Shown piece by piece: positions 25,958 to 38,496 of a stretch of DNA of 64,000 bases. Source of the stretch: Eledone cirrhosa (taxonomy: Eukaryota); NCBI GenBank assembly GCA_964016885.1, contig OZ024741.1, positions 139,438,001 to 139,502,000 on the forward strand, written 5' to 3'. How positions within the stretch are numbered: position 1 is the first letter of the stretch; each line of letters begins with the position of its first letter. Both the position numbers and the translations under genes were made by a program. The notes under the pieces are model-generated. The model worked only from the letters and a program-made list of their open reading frames with translations, was not told the DNA's origin and made no database searches.

Positions 25958-25960
<3 letters not shown>
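25757..25960. mobile_element. ~200-bp ORF-less head-to-head pLTR element with hammerhead, embedded in (TA)n
   Basis: Inverted arms AGTGGTTACACAACAGTTAGT.CA.CATACCGAGAA (25825-25860) and TTCTCGGTATG.TG.ACTAACTGTTGTGTAACCACT (25924-25959). Confidence 0.75.
25890..25930 (+). ncRNA. Hammerhead motif, family C
   Basis: CCGAG-CUGAGGA-U CC GCUAA GG U-GAAA CAGUUUA UU-CUCGG; perfect 5-bp stem I, weak stem III. Confidence 0.6.
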
Positions 25961-26034
<74 letters not shown>

Positions 26035-26035
<1 letters not shown>

Positions 26036-26200
26036 GGTATGTAAAAGGTAAACAGAAATAACAACACCATTGGTACGGTATATGGAAGAAATACATTAGC
26101 TTAACTCTTGAAATTACAGGAAGAAGATCTTAACGTGTCGGGCGCTAGTCCTTCATCAAATTAAAGGATGAAATATTAGAAATATTGAAGGGACGTGAAG
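26035..26200 (-). mobile_element. pLTR copy with decayed family D hammerhead (26128-26160)
   Basis: Minus strand reads UUGAUGAAGGACUAGCGCCCGACACGUUAAGA; downstream sequence homologous to 30381-30440. Confidence 0.65.
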
Positions 26201-26688
26201 GGTGGAATTTGAACAGAATGTTTTTAGAGAAAAATAATAGGTCCATTGATGTTGCCATCTTTTGGAAAATTGTTCATGCTGGTGTTTTGTGTATGATATA
26301 CTTTGTTAGAAAAGTCGATGATGCAGGGCATGTAAGTATAATGGAAAAAGAAAGGGTTTTGTATAAAGAGCTATACTTGTGCGTGTGCCTATGTGTGTGT
26401 GCGTGTGCCTATGTGTGTGTATGTGTGAATGTGTATGTGTGTGTGCGTGTGTACAGATTTCTGAAGGGAAAAGTGGAGTGTGCGTATTTTGCTGGTCTCT
26501 GTTAGCTGTAAGTGTATATGTTTCTGACCATAAGAGAATTCATAGAATCTAGAGGTAAATGCAAAAACGGGTGTGTGATAACGGATGGGGTATTAAAGAA
26601 ATTGGGGAGTGTAATTGATTGCATGAAGGAAACAGGGCCCCAGACTGTTAATCAGATTCTTTTCAGTCCTAGGTCCTAGTACGGGAAG

Positions 26689-26730
<42 letters not shown>

Positions 26731-26733
<3 letters not shown>

Positions 26734-26822
26734 CGGCGATGACTTTGTATGGCGAGGTTTTTGATATAACATTGTTATACGTGGGGAGGGTCATATTGTT
26801 GTAATACTATTGTCAAAAATAA
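26731..26822 (-). mobile_element. Terminal fragment of the Nematis-like pLTR family next to (TA)n
   Basis: CGGCGATGA...GCGAGGTTTTT...GGGGAGGGTCATATT matches ~48092-48150. Confidence 0.7.
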
Positions 26823-27502
26823 TATATATATGTATGTATTTAAAGGTTAAACAAGGTTCAATGAATAAATCAAAGAATGAGTTTTACATTTATTGTCATA
26901 GGATACGTTTGGATATATATATAATATATATAATTAATTATTAGTATATTTCTAATTAACTTAAGGACTCAAAATTAAACCCTTATATAATTACACCCAG
27001 ATATATTTAATATTTAGATTGATTGATTATTTCTAGATAATTCAAAGATTCGAAATTACTCCTTCACAAAGCTATGCCCAAATACAAATTTATGTACTTA
27101 TATATATATATATATATTTGCATCATCTAATTATGCGCTATTTATCCACGACAATACAAATCCCCCTCCCATTTCTTTATAGTATAAACATTATTCCTCC
27201 TTGTCTCTCTATCCTTGATCAATTCTCTTTTGATTTCTATACTTCTAGTAACTATCTTTACCTTCATCTGTTTCTCTCTGTCTTTCTTCTTTCTTCAAAA
27301 ATTTAAATTATTTCAATCTCTAACAGTTATGTAAATTGCTATTATGTATTGTTAAGCCTTCTCACACGCACCCTCTGTATTATATGTATTTTTTTCATGT
27401 CTCAATCTTAAGGTATATACATATTGAGTTTTCTCATATCTTATTCACTACCATGACTGAATCTTAACCATCTACTAAGTCAGGGTATGTCATGCATCAT
27501 CT

Positions 27503-27569
27503 TATTTTATCTGATCAGGACGTACTGTTAAACATAGGTCAGTACCTCTGAAATATGTATAATAAAATA
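27503..27569 (+). ncRNA. Decayed hammerhead motif, family E
   Basis: UAUUUUAU-CUGAUCA(G8C)-GGACGUACUG...CAGUACCUCU-GAAA UAUGUA UA-AUAAAAUA; 8-bp stem I; (TA)n about 45 nt downstream. Confidence 0.55.
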
Positions 27570-27613
27570 TACTTGATCACACGAATGTCTATATTTGTTT
27601 ATATTTTGAATTA

Positions 27614-27661
<48 letters not shown>

Positions 27662-27682
27662 GTATGTAATTATATATATATA

Positions 27683-27757
27683 TATATAATTATATCAGGA
27701 TGGAGACGGTAATTGTCAAACTGGTTTTTACCGCCTCCATCCTAATATAATTATATA
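27683..27757. repeat. Hairpin with ~30-bp arms inside (TA)n
   Basis: ATAATTATATCAGGATGGAGACGGTAA / TTACCGCCTCCATCCTAATATAATTAT. Confidence 0.8.
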
Positions 27758-27775
27758 AATATATATATACAAAAC

Positions 27776-27863
<88 letters not shown>

Positions 27864-28002
27864 GGTTTTTTATGATTAAATGATGATTTTAATGATTAAA
27901 TGATGATGTACTCTGACTTTAATTTGTATATCCTTGGAGAATAATGGTTGCGCAAATTGTTTATTAATTATTTAGACCATTCACAATATCATTTCTCACG
28001 GA

Positions 28003-28057
<55 letters not shown>

Positions 28058-30348
28058 CGTGTGTGTGTGTGTGTGTGTATCTATCTATATATATATAGAG
28101 AGAGAGAGAGCGAGAGAGAGAGATAGAGAGAGACATATATATATACATATATATTCATATGTATGTCTGTGTGTGTGTGTATATAAGTATATATATATAT
28201 AATACGTATATATTGATATAAACATATACAGATTTATATATTATATATATATATATAATTACACACACACACACATATATCAATATATACGTATATATGA
28301 TTTGATTTATTGAATACGTTCACTAATGATAGTAATAAGAACAAATTCAAATAATTAAATATTCAATAGATTTATTTTAATATTGTAGTGCTTTCCACTA
28401 AATGGAATATAATGATGCGAGCGATTCTCTAGCCTGTAATTAGAATGTAGAAAATTAGTAATAATTACATAGTTCTGAAGACACTAACTTATTGGTCAAT
28501 CAAAAAGAAAATGAATAGTTATCATTTTGTAATTGTTTCAAATGTGTTTCTCTTTTAGATGTAACTACAATTAATTAAAATTACATTACGAGAAATAAAA
28601 TATATGAATTTATAAATGGAATTTTAGCTGCTAGCTAAAGGTTGACCTGATTTAAAAGCAGTTTCTGTTTAGAATATATTCACTACAATGAATTGTTTAG
28701 ATTGTTCTTCCACAATGTCTCGTATTTAAAACCAGTATATACAAATCTACAATAGAAAATTTAAGAACAATATTATTTACATCCTCTGCTGGTCAATAAA
28801 GTAATATAATTTTGATTTTCTATAATGCCTAATACAAAGATATCCCACAATATCGCCTAGGATTGTTACATCCAAATTTATAAATTCAGACCACTGTAAT
28901 ACATCATTAAGAACGGTTTTATATATATACTTTATTGATCGTTATACCTATATAACCTTCATTAGTCACACTAGGTGAAAAACCACCCTTCGGGCGGTTT
29001 TCTCCTGGCATGTGTAGTGTGCATATTGATATTATACGCACATATATATGCAAGTAGATATGATATGTCAAATAAAACCGTAATTGATAATAACCACATA
29101 AATTGAAGAGAGTCTGTGTTACACTCTCTTCTGCAACCAGTACAGTAATCTTCTGCACCCAGTAAAGACGATATTATATATAAACTGCATTAGGAGAAAA
29201 TAAGCGACGGAAATATATGCGATGTTTTTATAAGTGTTATAATATAACCGGAAGTGTTGACATTTGAAAATTGTGAATCTTTCAATAAGCAATAAAATAT
29301 ATTTAATCATGAGTTACGAAATAGTACATAAATTATGTACTATTCAAATCAATCCAACTTATTTTACAAACAGGGTAAAACAATATATTCTGGATGCAAT
29401 CCCGCACTCTTTTCTTTATTATAGTTACGATTAACAAATAAGATATGGGTCATCGATTCTTAAAAAAAGAAAATGACCCACCGAAATAATACACATGGTT
29501 GATGATAATTAACTAAAGAAACTAAGAAATGTGAATGTTCTTAAGATGGAAATATAGAGCAATATATAACTTAAGTGTCACTGAAATTAACTCACAGAAT
29601 GTCATTGCCAGTAATTCCAGTTGACAAAACTCTGAAGTGTCTTATAAACCCTCTATCTCTCCGATTCGTGCTTTCGGTCGGAAACACGTGTATTGTGTGT
29701 TTGTATAAGACATCTGTTGCTTCCGATAATAAATACAGTAGTTTCTTGAACAATGAGACAATCTGCATCCGATATTAATGTCAAATAACTGAGCATTCCA
29801 GTGACATGTGTACCGTTAACTTTTTATCAGATCGAGTAGACTGAGACGGAACGTGACTGGTTTTACAGATACGAGATATGTTTACTGAGTGGACCGAATC
29901 AACGTTAAATACAATGTCATACTCAACATCACAAAGCGCCATTTGTAATTGAAATCCCGACCTTACAATCTTGAGAGAATTTCCCTAGCTACTAAGCCAC
30001 ACACCATCACAACTTATCTAATGCTGGAGATGCTCTCATCTAATAAATCGTCACTACGAACGTATTGTTGCAAGGATTGATGGCGTGAGTATCAATTTTG
30101 ATGATCGGATAATTCTAACAGACTCATAAGATCACCCGTTAGTACTAAACTTACATCAGCTAGGTACATTAAAAAAATGAAACCTGTACAATATTTCATC
30201 TATATGTATGTGAATCGCACACCGCGGATATATAATTTGTAATTAATACAGAGATGTCTACATGAATAGACCTGTTATTTTTATCTAAAGACATTTTTTT
30301 CTAATTCCAACCCGCCCGTCCCCTCAATCTATCTTATTTCTCATTCTT

Positions 30349-30384
30349 TCTTCTGACGAAGGACTAGCGTCCGAAACGTTAAGA
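30349..30384 (+). ncRNA. Minimal hammerhead, family D
   Basis: UCUU-CUGACGA-A-GGAC UAGC GUCC-GAA-ACGU-U-AAGA; loopless palindromic stem III (ACGU), the dimer-type arrangement known for PLE HHRs. Confidence 0.75.
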
Positions 30385-30444
30385 CCCTCGTCCTGCTATA
30401 TCAAGCGTTAACCTAATATATCCCTTCCATATACTGTACTGATT

Positions 30445-30757
30445 CAAGCAGCGTCTTTACATGCACACCCATTCTTTTCTTAACCCTTTAAGAAGGGATA
30501 TGCCGTCACTTTCAGCTTATATCTGGAGTCAAAAAGACAACCACCCCCAATATAGTTTAAACTGTGAGATCCTAGCTGAGGCTAGATCGTATAACGGAAA
30601 TAAAAGACCATGCGATATTTGCGGCGCTGAAGCCCTGGAAATACTCTATGCCAATGACCACATCTTGAACAAAAAAACGGAGGCAATTTCTGCTTGTAAA
30701 CATAAATTGCATAAAACGTTCCTGAATTACAGCCCCACATTATACCCTAACGGATAG
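30445..30757 (+). mobile_element. Hydra-type PLE GIY-YIG C-terminal fragment
   Basis: KQRLYMHTHSF...LSAYIWSQKD...ARSYNGNKRPCDICGAE...ILNKKTEAISACKHK (CxxC and CxH), ending PNG*. Confidence 0.8.
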
Positions 30758-31725
30758 TACTAACAATACGCGAATCATTTACGTCTTCATGTGGTAGCTA
30801 AGTATATTTTATGTTTATACCATTACTTATTTGTATAGCTAAATATACCTTACCTGTATGTTTTGCGAAGTTACGTATACTTTCTCGTACGTATATTTGC
30901 TTGAATTTGTTATGGTGTATATATCATATTATATATACTGGTACATGTGTATATAGTTGTGTATATGTGTTTTTTTGTGTTTGGTGTGTGTATATGTGTA
31001 CTTTGTGTTTTGGTTGACGGACGTTTAGTGAGCATATGTGTATTTACCTGTAGGTATGTGTGTGCGTGCGTTATATGCGTATTTATGTGTGTATATTTAT
31101 ATACGTTTATATAATTAGATGTATATACACACACGCATACACATATATATTTTTGTGGGCGTATTTGGTATATATGTTCGTATGTGTGCGGGTACAGGTG
31201 TCGCGCGGATTTATGTGTACGTGCTTACTTATGCATGCATGGCGGGGTTATGTATATATTTAATTATTATTGAGTTCAATATCCTCTGTCATTTTCGTTC
31301 TACTAATTTATTTACATTACTCTTAACTCTGAATTTAACTTTGACTTTCATCTTAACGGGGTCGATAACAAAGTACCAGTAATAGCTGGCCTTGTGCCAA
31401 AAGTAGAAACAATTATTATTAACTCTGAAGCCGAGAATCACTCGGTTTCCTAAATTGAATATTAGTCTACGACTTCATTTATACCATAAACGTGGTTTTG
31501 TCTTTGCGTGTAATTATTCTCCTCGCTCCACATAATGACGTAATATCTTCGCTTATTCCGTTCATTGCCAGGGGACATCTTCACGGAAAAAAGTATCGTC
31601 TTCCTGTTTTCCTTCGGTTGCTACTTTTGCGTTCACAGATTGATTTTTTTAGTTCTAGAAGATCCCGTTAAGGGTCAAAGCAGCGATTCTCTGCTTAAAC
31701 TTTAATCTGTTATTTTAATAAACAA

Positions 31726-31827
<102 letters not shown>

Positions 31828-32153
31828 TAGGTAATTGTATGTCTTTAAATACACGAAGGAGTGTGTATGTAGTAAGACATGCAACATCCGTGATTACAGT
31901 ATACATCGCTGATAATGGGCCTAAGGTATTGATGGTTAGATAAAAAGCTACCACAAATGCACACGCACACATACATATATATAGAAATATTTTAGTTATG
32001 TTAGTGCTGTTCCAGTTTAAATACATCTATCTTATTCGTTAATCAACATGACTATCTACCTGTTTTATACATATTTATGTGTGTGTGTGTGAGTGGATGT
32101 ATGTGTATCAGAGAGAAAGATTGAGAGTGAAAGATAGAGAGTATATAATAATA

Positions 32154-32334
32154 ATAATTGTTTCTACTTTAGGCACAAGGCCAGCAATTACCCAGTGTAT
32201 TACTGGTACTTTATTTTATCGACCCCGTAAGGATGAAAGGCAAAGTCAACCTCGGCGGGATTTGAACTCAGATCGTAAAGGGACGTAACTATGCTGGAAA
32301 GCATGGCGTCCGACTCTCTACCGATACTGCCAAT
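32154..32334 (-). mobile_element. SINE, full copy
   Basis: Reverse complement of the 12814/13016 unit. Confidence 0.85.
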
Positions 32335-32395
32335 CCATAATAATAATAATACATTTCCATAACATTTGATCTGTACACGCATTTCGACACCTAAA

Positions 32396-32433
<38 letters not shown>

Positions 32434-32467
32434 GCCACAATGCTTTTATTTCAAATATACTGATATA

Positions 32468-32515
<48 letters not shown>

Positions 32516-32597
32516 GTTATTCCGGGTTGAATCGTAGGTAACCACAGTAAGTAAGGTACTCAATACATTGCAGAGTATAACAGTTTTAAGATAGATG

Positions 32598-32648
32598 AGA
32601 TTCTACAGGACTAGATCTGTTTCATTCTTTAGAAATCATCAGGAATCT
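32598..32648 (-). ncRNA. Hammerhead, family A
   Basis: AGAUUC-CUGAUGA-U UUC UAAA GAA U-GAA-ACAG AUCUAGUC CUGU-A-GAAUCU. Confidence 0.75.
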
Positions 32649-32791
32649 GAGGTATCAAAAAATAAGTATGGTATTTATAGGTCTCTACAAGTGGTATGAG
32701 AGGGTGGGGAGTGGGATGGGTGTAGGTCATTGGTTGATAGAAAAGGGAATTCATTAAAAGCTAATTCTACAAAGCTATAGTTTATTTACCC

Positions 32792-34209
32792 GACAAACAC
32801 CACACTCGCTTCCTGCAACTCGACATAGAAAACTACTATGCCTCTATCTCGGAGCCCCTCCTGAAGGACGCAATTAACTTTGCCAGGAATTTTACCACCA
32901 TTACCGATGCTGAGCAAGTTGTTATCCTCCACGCTCGTAAGACCTTTCTATACCACGATGGATCTTACTGGATCAACAAGAAATCTCAGACCCCATTTGA
33001 CGTTAGCATGGGAGCGAGTGACTCGCCTGAAATTAGCCTCCTTGTGGGCCTGTACATCCTACATCACCTGAAGAACCTCTTTACCGGCCTAACGGGAGGT
33101 TTATACCGAGACGACGGCCTCTTCGCCGTGCATAAGGTTAACCCCAGAACCACCGATGGGTTTCGGAAAAACTTAAGCTCATTCCTCTCTAATCTAGGAT
33201 TTAGTATAACTATAGAATCTAATTTGACTAGGGCCAACTTCTTAGATGTCACTCTCGACCTAGATACTTCCCTCTATTACCCGTACCACAAACCTAACGA
33301 GTCCCTTAAATATATTAACGTTAATTCAAACCACCCCCAAAACATCACTGATAACCTAGTAAAAAGCGTCTCTATTAGAATATCTGGCCTCTCCGCCAAC
33401 AAAGATATTTTTAACGCATCTGCCTCCTACTACAATGACGCCCCCGCCCGTAGCGGATTTAAAGAAAAGATAACATAGCTAGAAACCACCGCAAGACTGC
33501 AGAGGAGGAATAGACATAGGCAGATTAGCTGGTACAACCCTCCCTTCAATAGAGAGGTCTCTACTCCGATAGCTAGGATTTTCTTCACTTTGCTGAAATT
33601 ACACTTTCCCATACAACATAGGTACCACACCATCTTTAATAAGAACACAATAAGACTCTCCTACTCCCCCACAACTAACCTAGCTAGGAATATAGCCAAC
33701 CACAATTATAAAAAATTAAATAAGCCAACCACCTCCGAACCCAATCCCCGGACTTGGGCTCTGTGTTATTGCCTAAATAACGAAGCATGCCCACTTGAAA
33801 ACAAATGCCTCACAAATGATATCGTATACAAATGCGATGTCATCTCAGGCACCGATTATTGCAAAAAAACTTACATCGGCATGACCTGCAACAACTTTAA
33901 GACCCGTTGGTATGCCCATACCCACTCCTTCAGAAGACCGGACAAATCAAGCCAGACAACACTCGTCTCCTATGTTTGGGACCTCAAAAGGAACTCCACC
34001 TCCTTCACGCTTAGATGGAAAATACTCCAGAAGCGCGCTCTTACAACGGAGGACACAAGGGCTGCGACCTTTGTATTTCAGAGAGCTACGAAATGTTATT
34101 CGCCAAGGGCCCGCTACTTAACAAACTCTCTGAACACTGCTCGAACTGCATGCACAAGAACTTTGCAACTTTCAAACACTTTAAGCCAGTGTTAAAGCCC
34201 GATGGCTAA
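32792..34209 (+). pseudogene. PLE reverse transcriptase plus GIY-YIG endonuclease, 5'-truncated, one stop and one frameshift
   Basis: FLQLDIENYYASIS; FDVSMGASDSPEI; GGLYRDDGL; NFLDVTLDL; WYNPPFN; CYCLNNEACPL (CxCx5C); IVYKC...TYIGMT..FKTRW; CDLCISE; CMHK. In-frame TAG at 33476-33478, frameshift near 34030. Confidence 0.9.
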
Positions 34210-34339
34210 AAACGACCTCCTCCTATTGGCCCTATACCTCCTTCCCACCCTACCCCCGGCCCTCCTCAACCTGAAATACGGCCACTATAGTTATGTGAGT
34301 ACCTCGTACCTATCTACTTTTTCTGCCTGTAGAGGTGTT

Positions 34340-35515
<1,176 letters not shown>

Positions 35516-35600
35516 CACGATAAATTAACGGAGGCATAGGCCGTCGTTATTCCCTGTAAATAATGTGCTCAAAGGGGAAGAGATCCTGAGCCCTTTAAAA

Positions 35601-35720
35601 TATAATATGTTGAGAAGGTAACACACCAGAGAGAGATATATAGTGCGTTATCAATAATACAATCAATATTATTGATAACGCAATATATCTCTCTCTCTGG
35701 TGTGTTACCTTCTCAACATG

Positions 35721-35725
<5 letters not shown>
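35601..35725. repeat. Hairpin with ~59-bp arms and a 7-nt spacer, ending in (TA)n
   Basis: ATGTTGAGAAGGTAACACACCAGAGAGAGA...TGCGTTATCAATAATA / TATTATTGATAACGCA...TCTCTCTCTGGTGTGTTACCTTCTCAACAT. Confidence 0.9.
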
Positions 35726-35778
<53 letters not shown>

Positions 35779-35784
<6 letters not shown>

Positions 35785-36309
35785 ATGAAATGACAGGAGG
35801 CTGGATTTGTGTAAATCCTTGAAAGGTTTATTATACTATGATCATTTCAATGACCGGGTTCCGTATGAATCCGGTGATATCATCAGGTATTCGAAATATA
35901 ATACGTGAATGTAATAGGTAAAATCCATGGGGCTGAAAATCGAGACCCGAGGGCGACCGCTATTCTGTTCCTTCAACCTCAACCGGTCGCCCTGGAGTGA
36001 CGTGGCTAAATTTTATAGTATGCTACTACCGGTCAGATGAACGAAAACAGAAAGAGATGGGAGCATAGGTTAACGTCGATCCCATGACACAAGGTAAAAG
36101 AAATGATCATAGTATAATAAACCTTTCAAGGATTTACACAAATCCAGCCTCCTGTCATTTCATTATAATATTTAACTCCGTAATAGCACCACCAACTACA
36201 AAAACAAAGACGGTTGAACTGCTTTACGTTGAGTACTCTCTATATTATTGCATTACGATTAACCATACGGAATAGACCAGCTCTATACAGTGGTGAACCT
36301 CAAACCTGA

Positions 36310-36313
<4 letters not shown>
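35779..36313. mobile_element. ~530-bp ORF-less head-to-head pLTR element in (TA)n
   Basis: Apparently perfect ~68-bp inverted repeat 35781-35848 and 36100-36167; right arm extends into a tail containing TTGAGTAC. Confidence 0.8.
35833..35890 (-). ncRNA. Hammerhead, family F
   Basis: AUAC-CUGAUGA-U AUCACCGGAUUC AUACG GAACCCGGUCAU U-GAA-A UGAUCA U-A-GUAU; intact core, long stem II, palindromic stem III. Confidence 0.8.
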
Positions 36314-36314
<1 letters not shown>

Positions 36315-36349
<35 letters not shown>

Positions 36350-36472
36350 TTGCATGTGTATGTATGTGTATGTATGTGTGTATATGTGTTTATTTATGTA
36401 TATATATGAATATATGTGTATATATGTGTATATATGTATATGTATGTATATGTGTATGTGTGTGTATATGTG

Positions 36473-36506
<34 letters not shown>

Positions 36507-36607
36507 TATATATGTGTATATGTATATATATATATATATGTATATATATGTGTGTGTGTGCGTGTGTATAAATATATATGTGTGTGAGTGTGTATATATA
36601 TGTGTGC

Positions 36608-36641
<34 letters not shown>

Positions 36642-36688
36642 GTGTATATATATACATGTATATATGTGTGTATATGTATATATGTGTA

Positions 36689-36743
<55 letters not shown>

Positions 36744-36774
36744 ATATGTATATGTGTTTGTGTGTATGTATATA

Positions 36775-36817
<43 letters not shown>

Positions 36818-36841
36818 ATGTATTTGTATATGTGTGTGTAC

Positions 36842-36901
<60 letters not shown>

Positions 36902-36946
36902 GTATATATATATATGTGTGTATGTGTATGTATATATATGTGTGTG

Positions 36947-36994
<48 letters not shown>

Positions 36995-37008
36995 TGTGTG
37001 TGCGTATA

Positions 37009-37069
<61 letters not shown>

Positions 37070-37126
37070 ATGTGTATGTGTATGTGTATGTATGTATTTA
37101 TATGTGTATGTGTGAGTGTGTGTATG

Positions 37127-37188
<62 letters not shown>
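36315..37188. repeat. Compound (TA)n/(TG)n microsatellite field
   Basis: Direct reading. Confidence 0.95.
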
Positions 37189-37190
<2 letters not shown>

Positions 37191-37192
<2 letters not shown>

Positions 37193-37310
37193 AGGCGTGT
37201 GGCTGAGTGGTTAGAGTATTGGATTCACAATCGTGAGGTTGTGAGTTCGATTCCTGAACCAGGCGATGCGTTATGTCCTTGAGCAAGACACTTTATTTCA
37301 CGTTGCTCCT
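37191..37310 (+). mobile_element. tRNA-derived SINE head (Pol III A and B boxes)
   Basis: TGGCTGAGTGG (A box), GAGTTCGATTCC (B box), then TGTCCTTGAGCAAGACACTTTATTTCACGTTGCTC. Decayed minus-strand relatives at ~9035-9150 and ~29890-30008. Confidence 0.8.
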
Positions 37311-37407
37311 TCTACCTGGAGTTGCGACCGATAGATAGTATTAGCAATTGGAAAGACCAACGGAAACATAGTTTCCTCGGTCCGATTTGACGAAAGTCGA
37401 TCGACTA

Positions 37408-37451
<44 letters not shown>

Positions 37452-37472
37452 ATATATATATATATATATGTG

Positions 37473-37504
<32 letters not shown>

Positions 37505-37656
37505 AATATATGTATGTATGGTGTATGTGTGTGTATATATATATATATATGTGTGTGTATGTGTGACCCCAAACTCAAGAGCGTGAAATGAATAAACATT
37601 TGTTTGTTCTGCCCCTCTGTTTGTTCCCGTTCAATTTTTCCTTATATATGTGTATA

Positions 37657-37711
<55 letters not shown>

Positions 37712-38382
37712 ATGTATATGTATGTATATATATATATATTTATATATATATATATATATACATATGTATGTGTGTATGTATGTGTGTGTATGTATATGTA
37801 TATATGTATATATATATATATAAATATATTTATATGTGTGTGTGTGTATATATATGTGTGTATATGTGTATGTGTATGTGTATGTGTGTTTATGGGTGCG
37901 CGCGATTGTGTGAGTGAGTTTGTTTTGTGAATGTGTCTGTTGATCTTTGGCATATAGTTGAATAGTTTAAGAGAAATTTGAAGATAATTGTAAGATATGC
38001 ACTCAATATTTTGAATTTGTCTACAGAATTCTCTAAACCTTTGTCACTTAGTAGAACCTTAATGAATTTAGCTTTTAAAGAATCTCCCTTTCCTTTAAAT
38101 CTATCTACCATGACTGACCCCCCACTGATCTTATAGACACCTCTTAGCTTAAGAGAAACTTAATAATAAGGAGTGGCATGCCATCCTGAACCTGTTTATA
38201 GAATTCTGTCTGCCTTTGTTACTCTAAAAACAAAAATAAATAAAAATAAAATATAGCTTTGTAGAATTAGCTTTTAATGAATTCCCTTTTCTATCAACCA
38301 ATGACCTACACCCATCCCACTCCCCACCCTCTCCTACCACTTGTAGAGACCTATAAATACCATACTTATTTTTTGATACCTC

Positions 38383-38433
38383 AGATTCCTGATGATTTCT
38401 AAAGAATGAAACAGTTCTAGTCCTGTAGAATCT
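38383..38433 (+). ncRNA. Hammerhead, family A
   Basis: AGAUUC-CUGAUGA-U UUC UAAA GAA U-GAA-ACAG UUCUAGUC CUGU-A-GAAUCU; (TA)n about 16 nt downstream. Confidence 0.75.
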
Positions 38434-38447
38434 CATCTATATTAAAA

Positions 38448-38496
<49 letters not shown>

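Noticed and set aside
37191-37265. Possible tRNA gene
   Set aside because: A and B boxes are present but there is no proper acceptor stem, and it continues into a SINE body.
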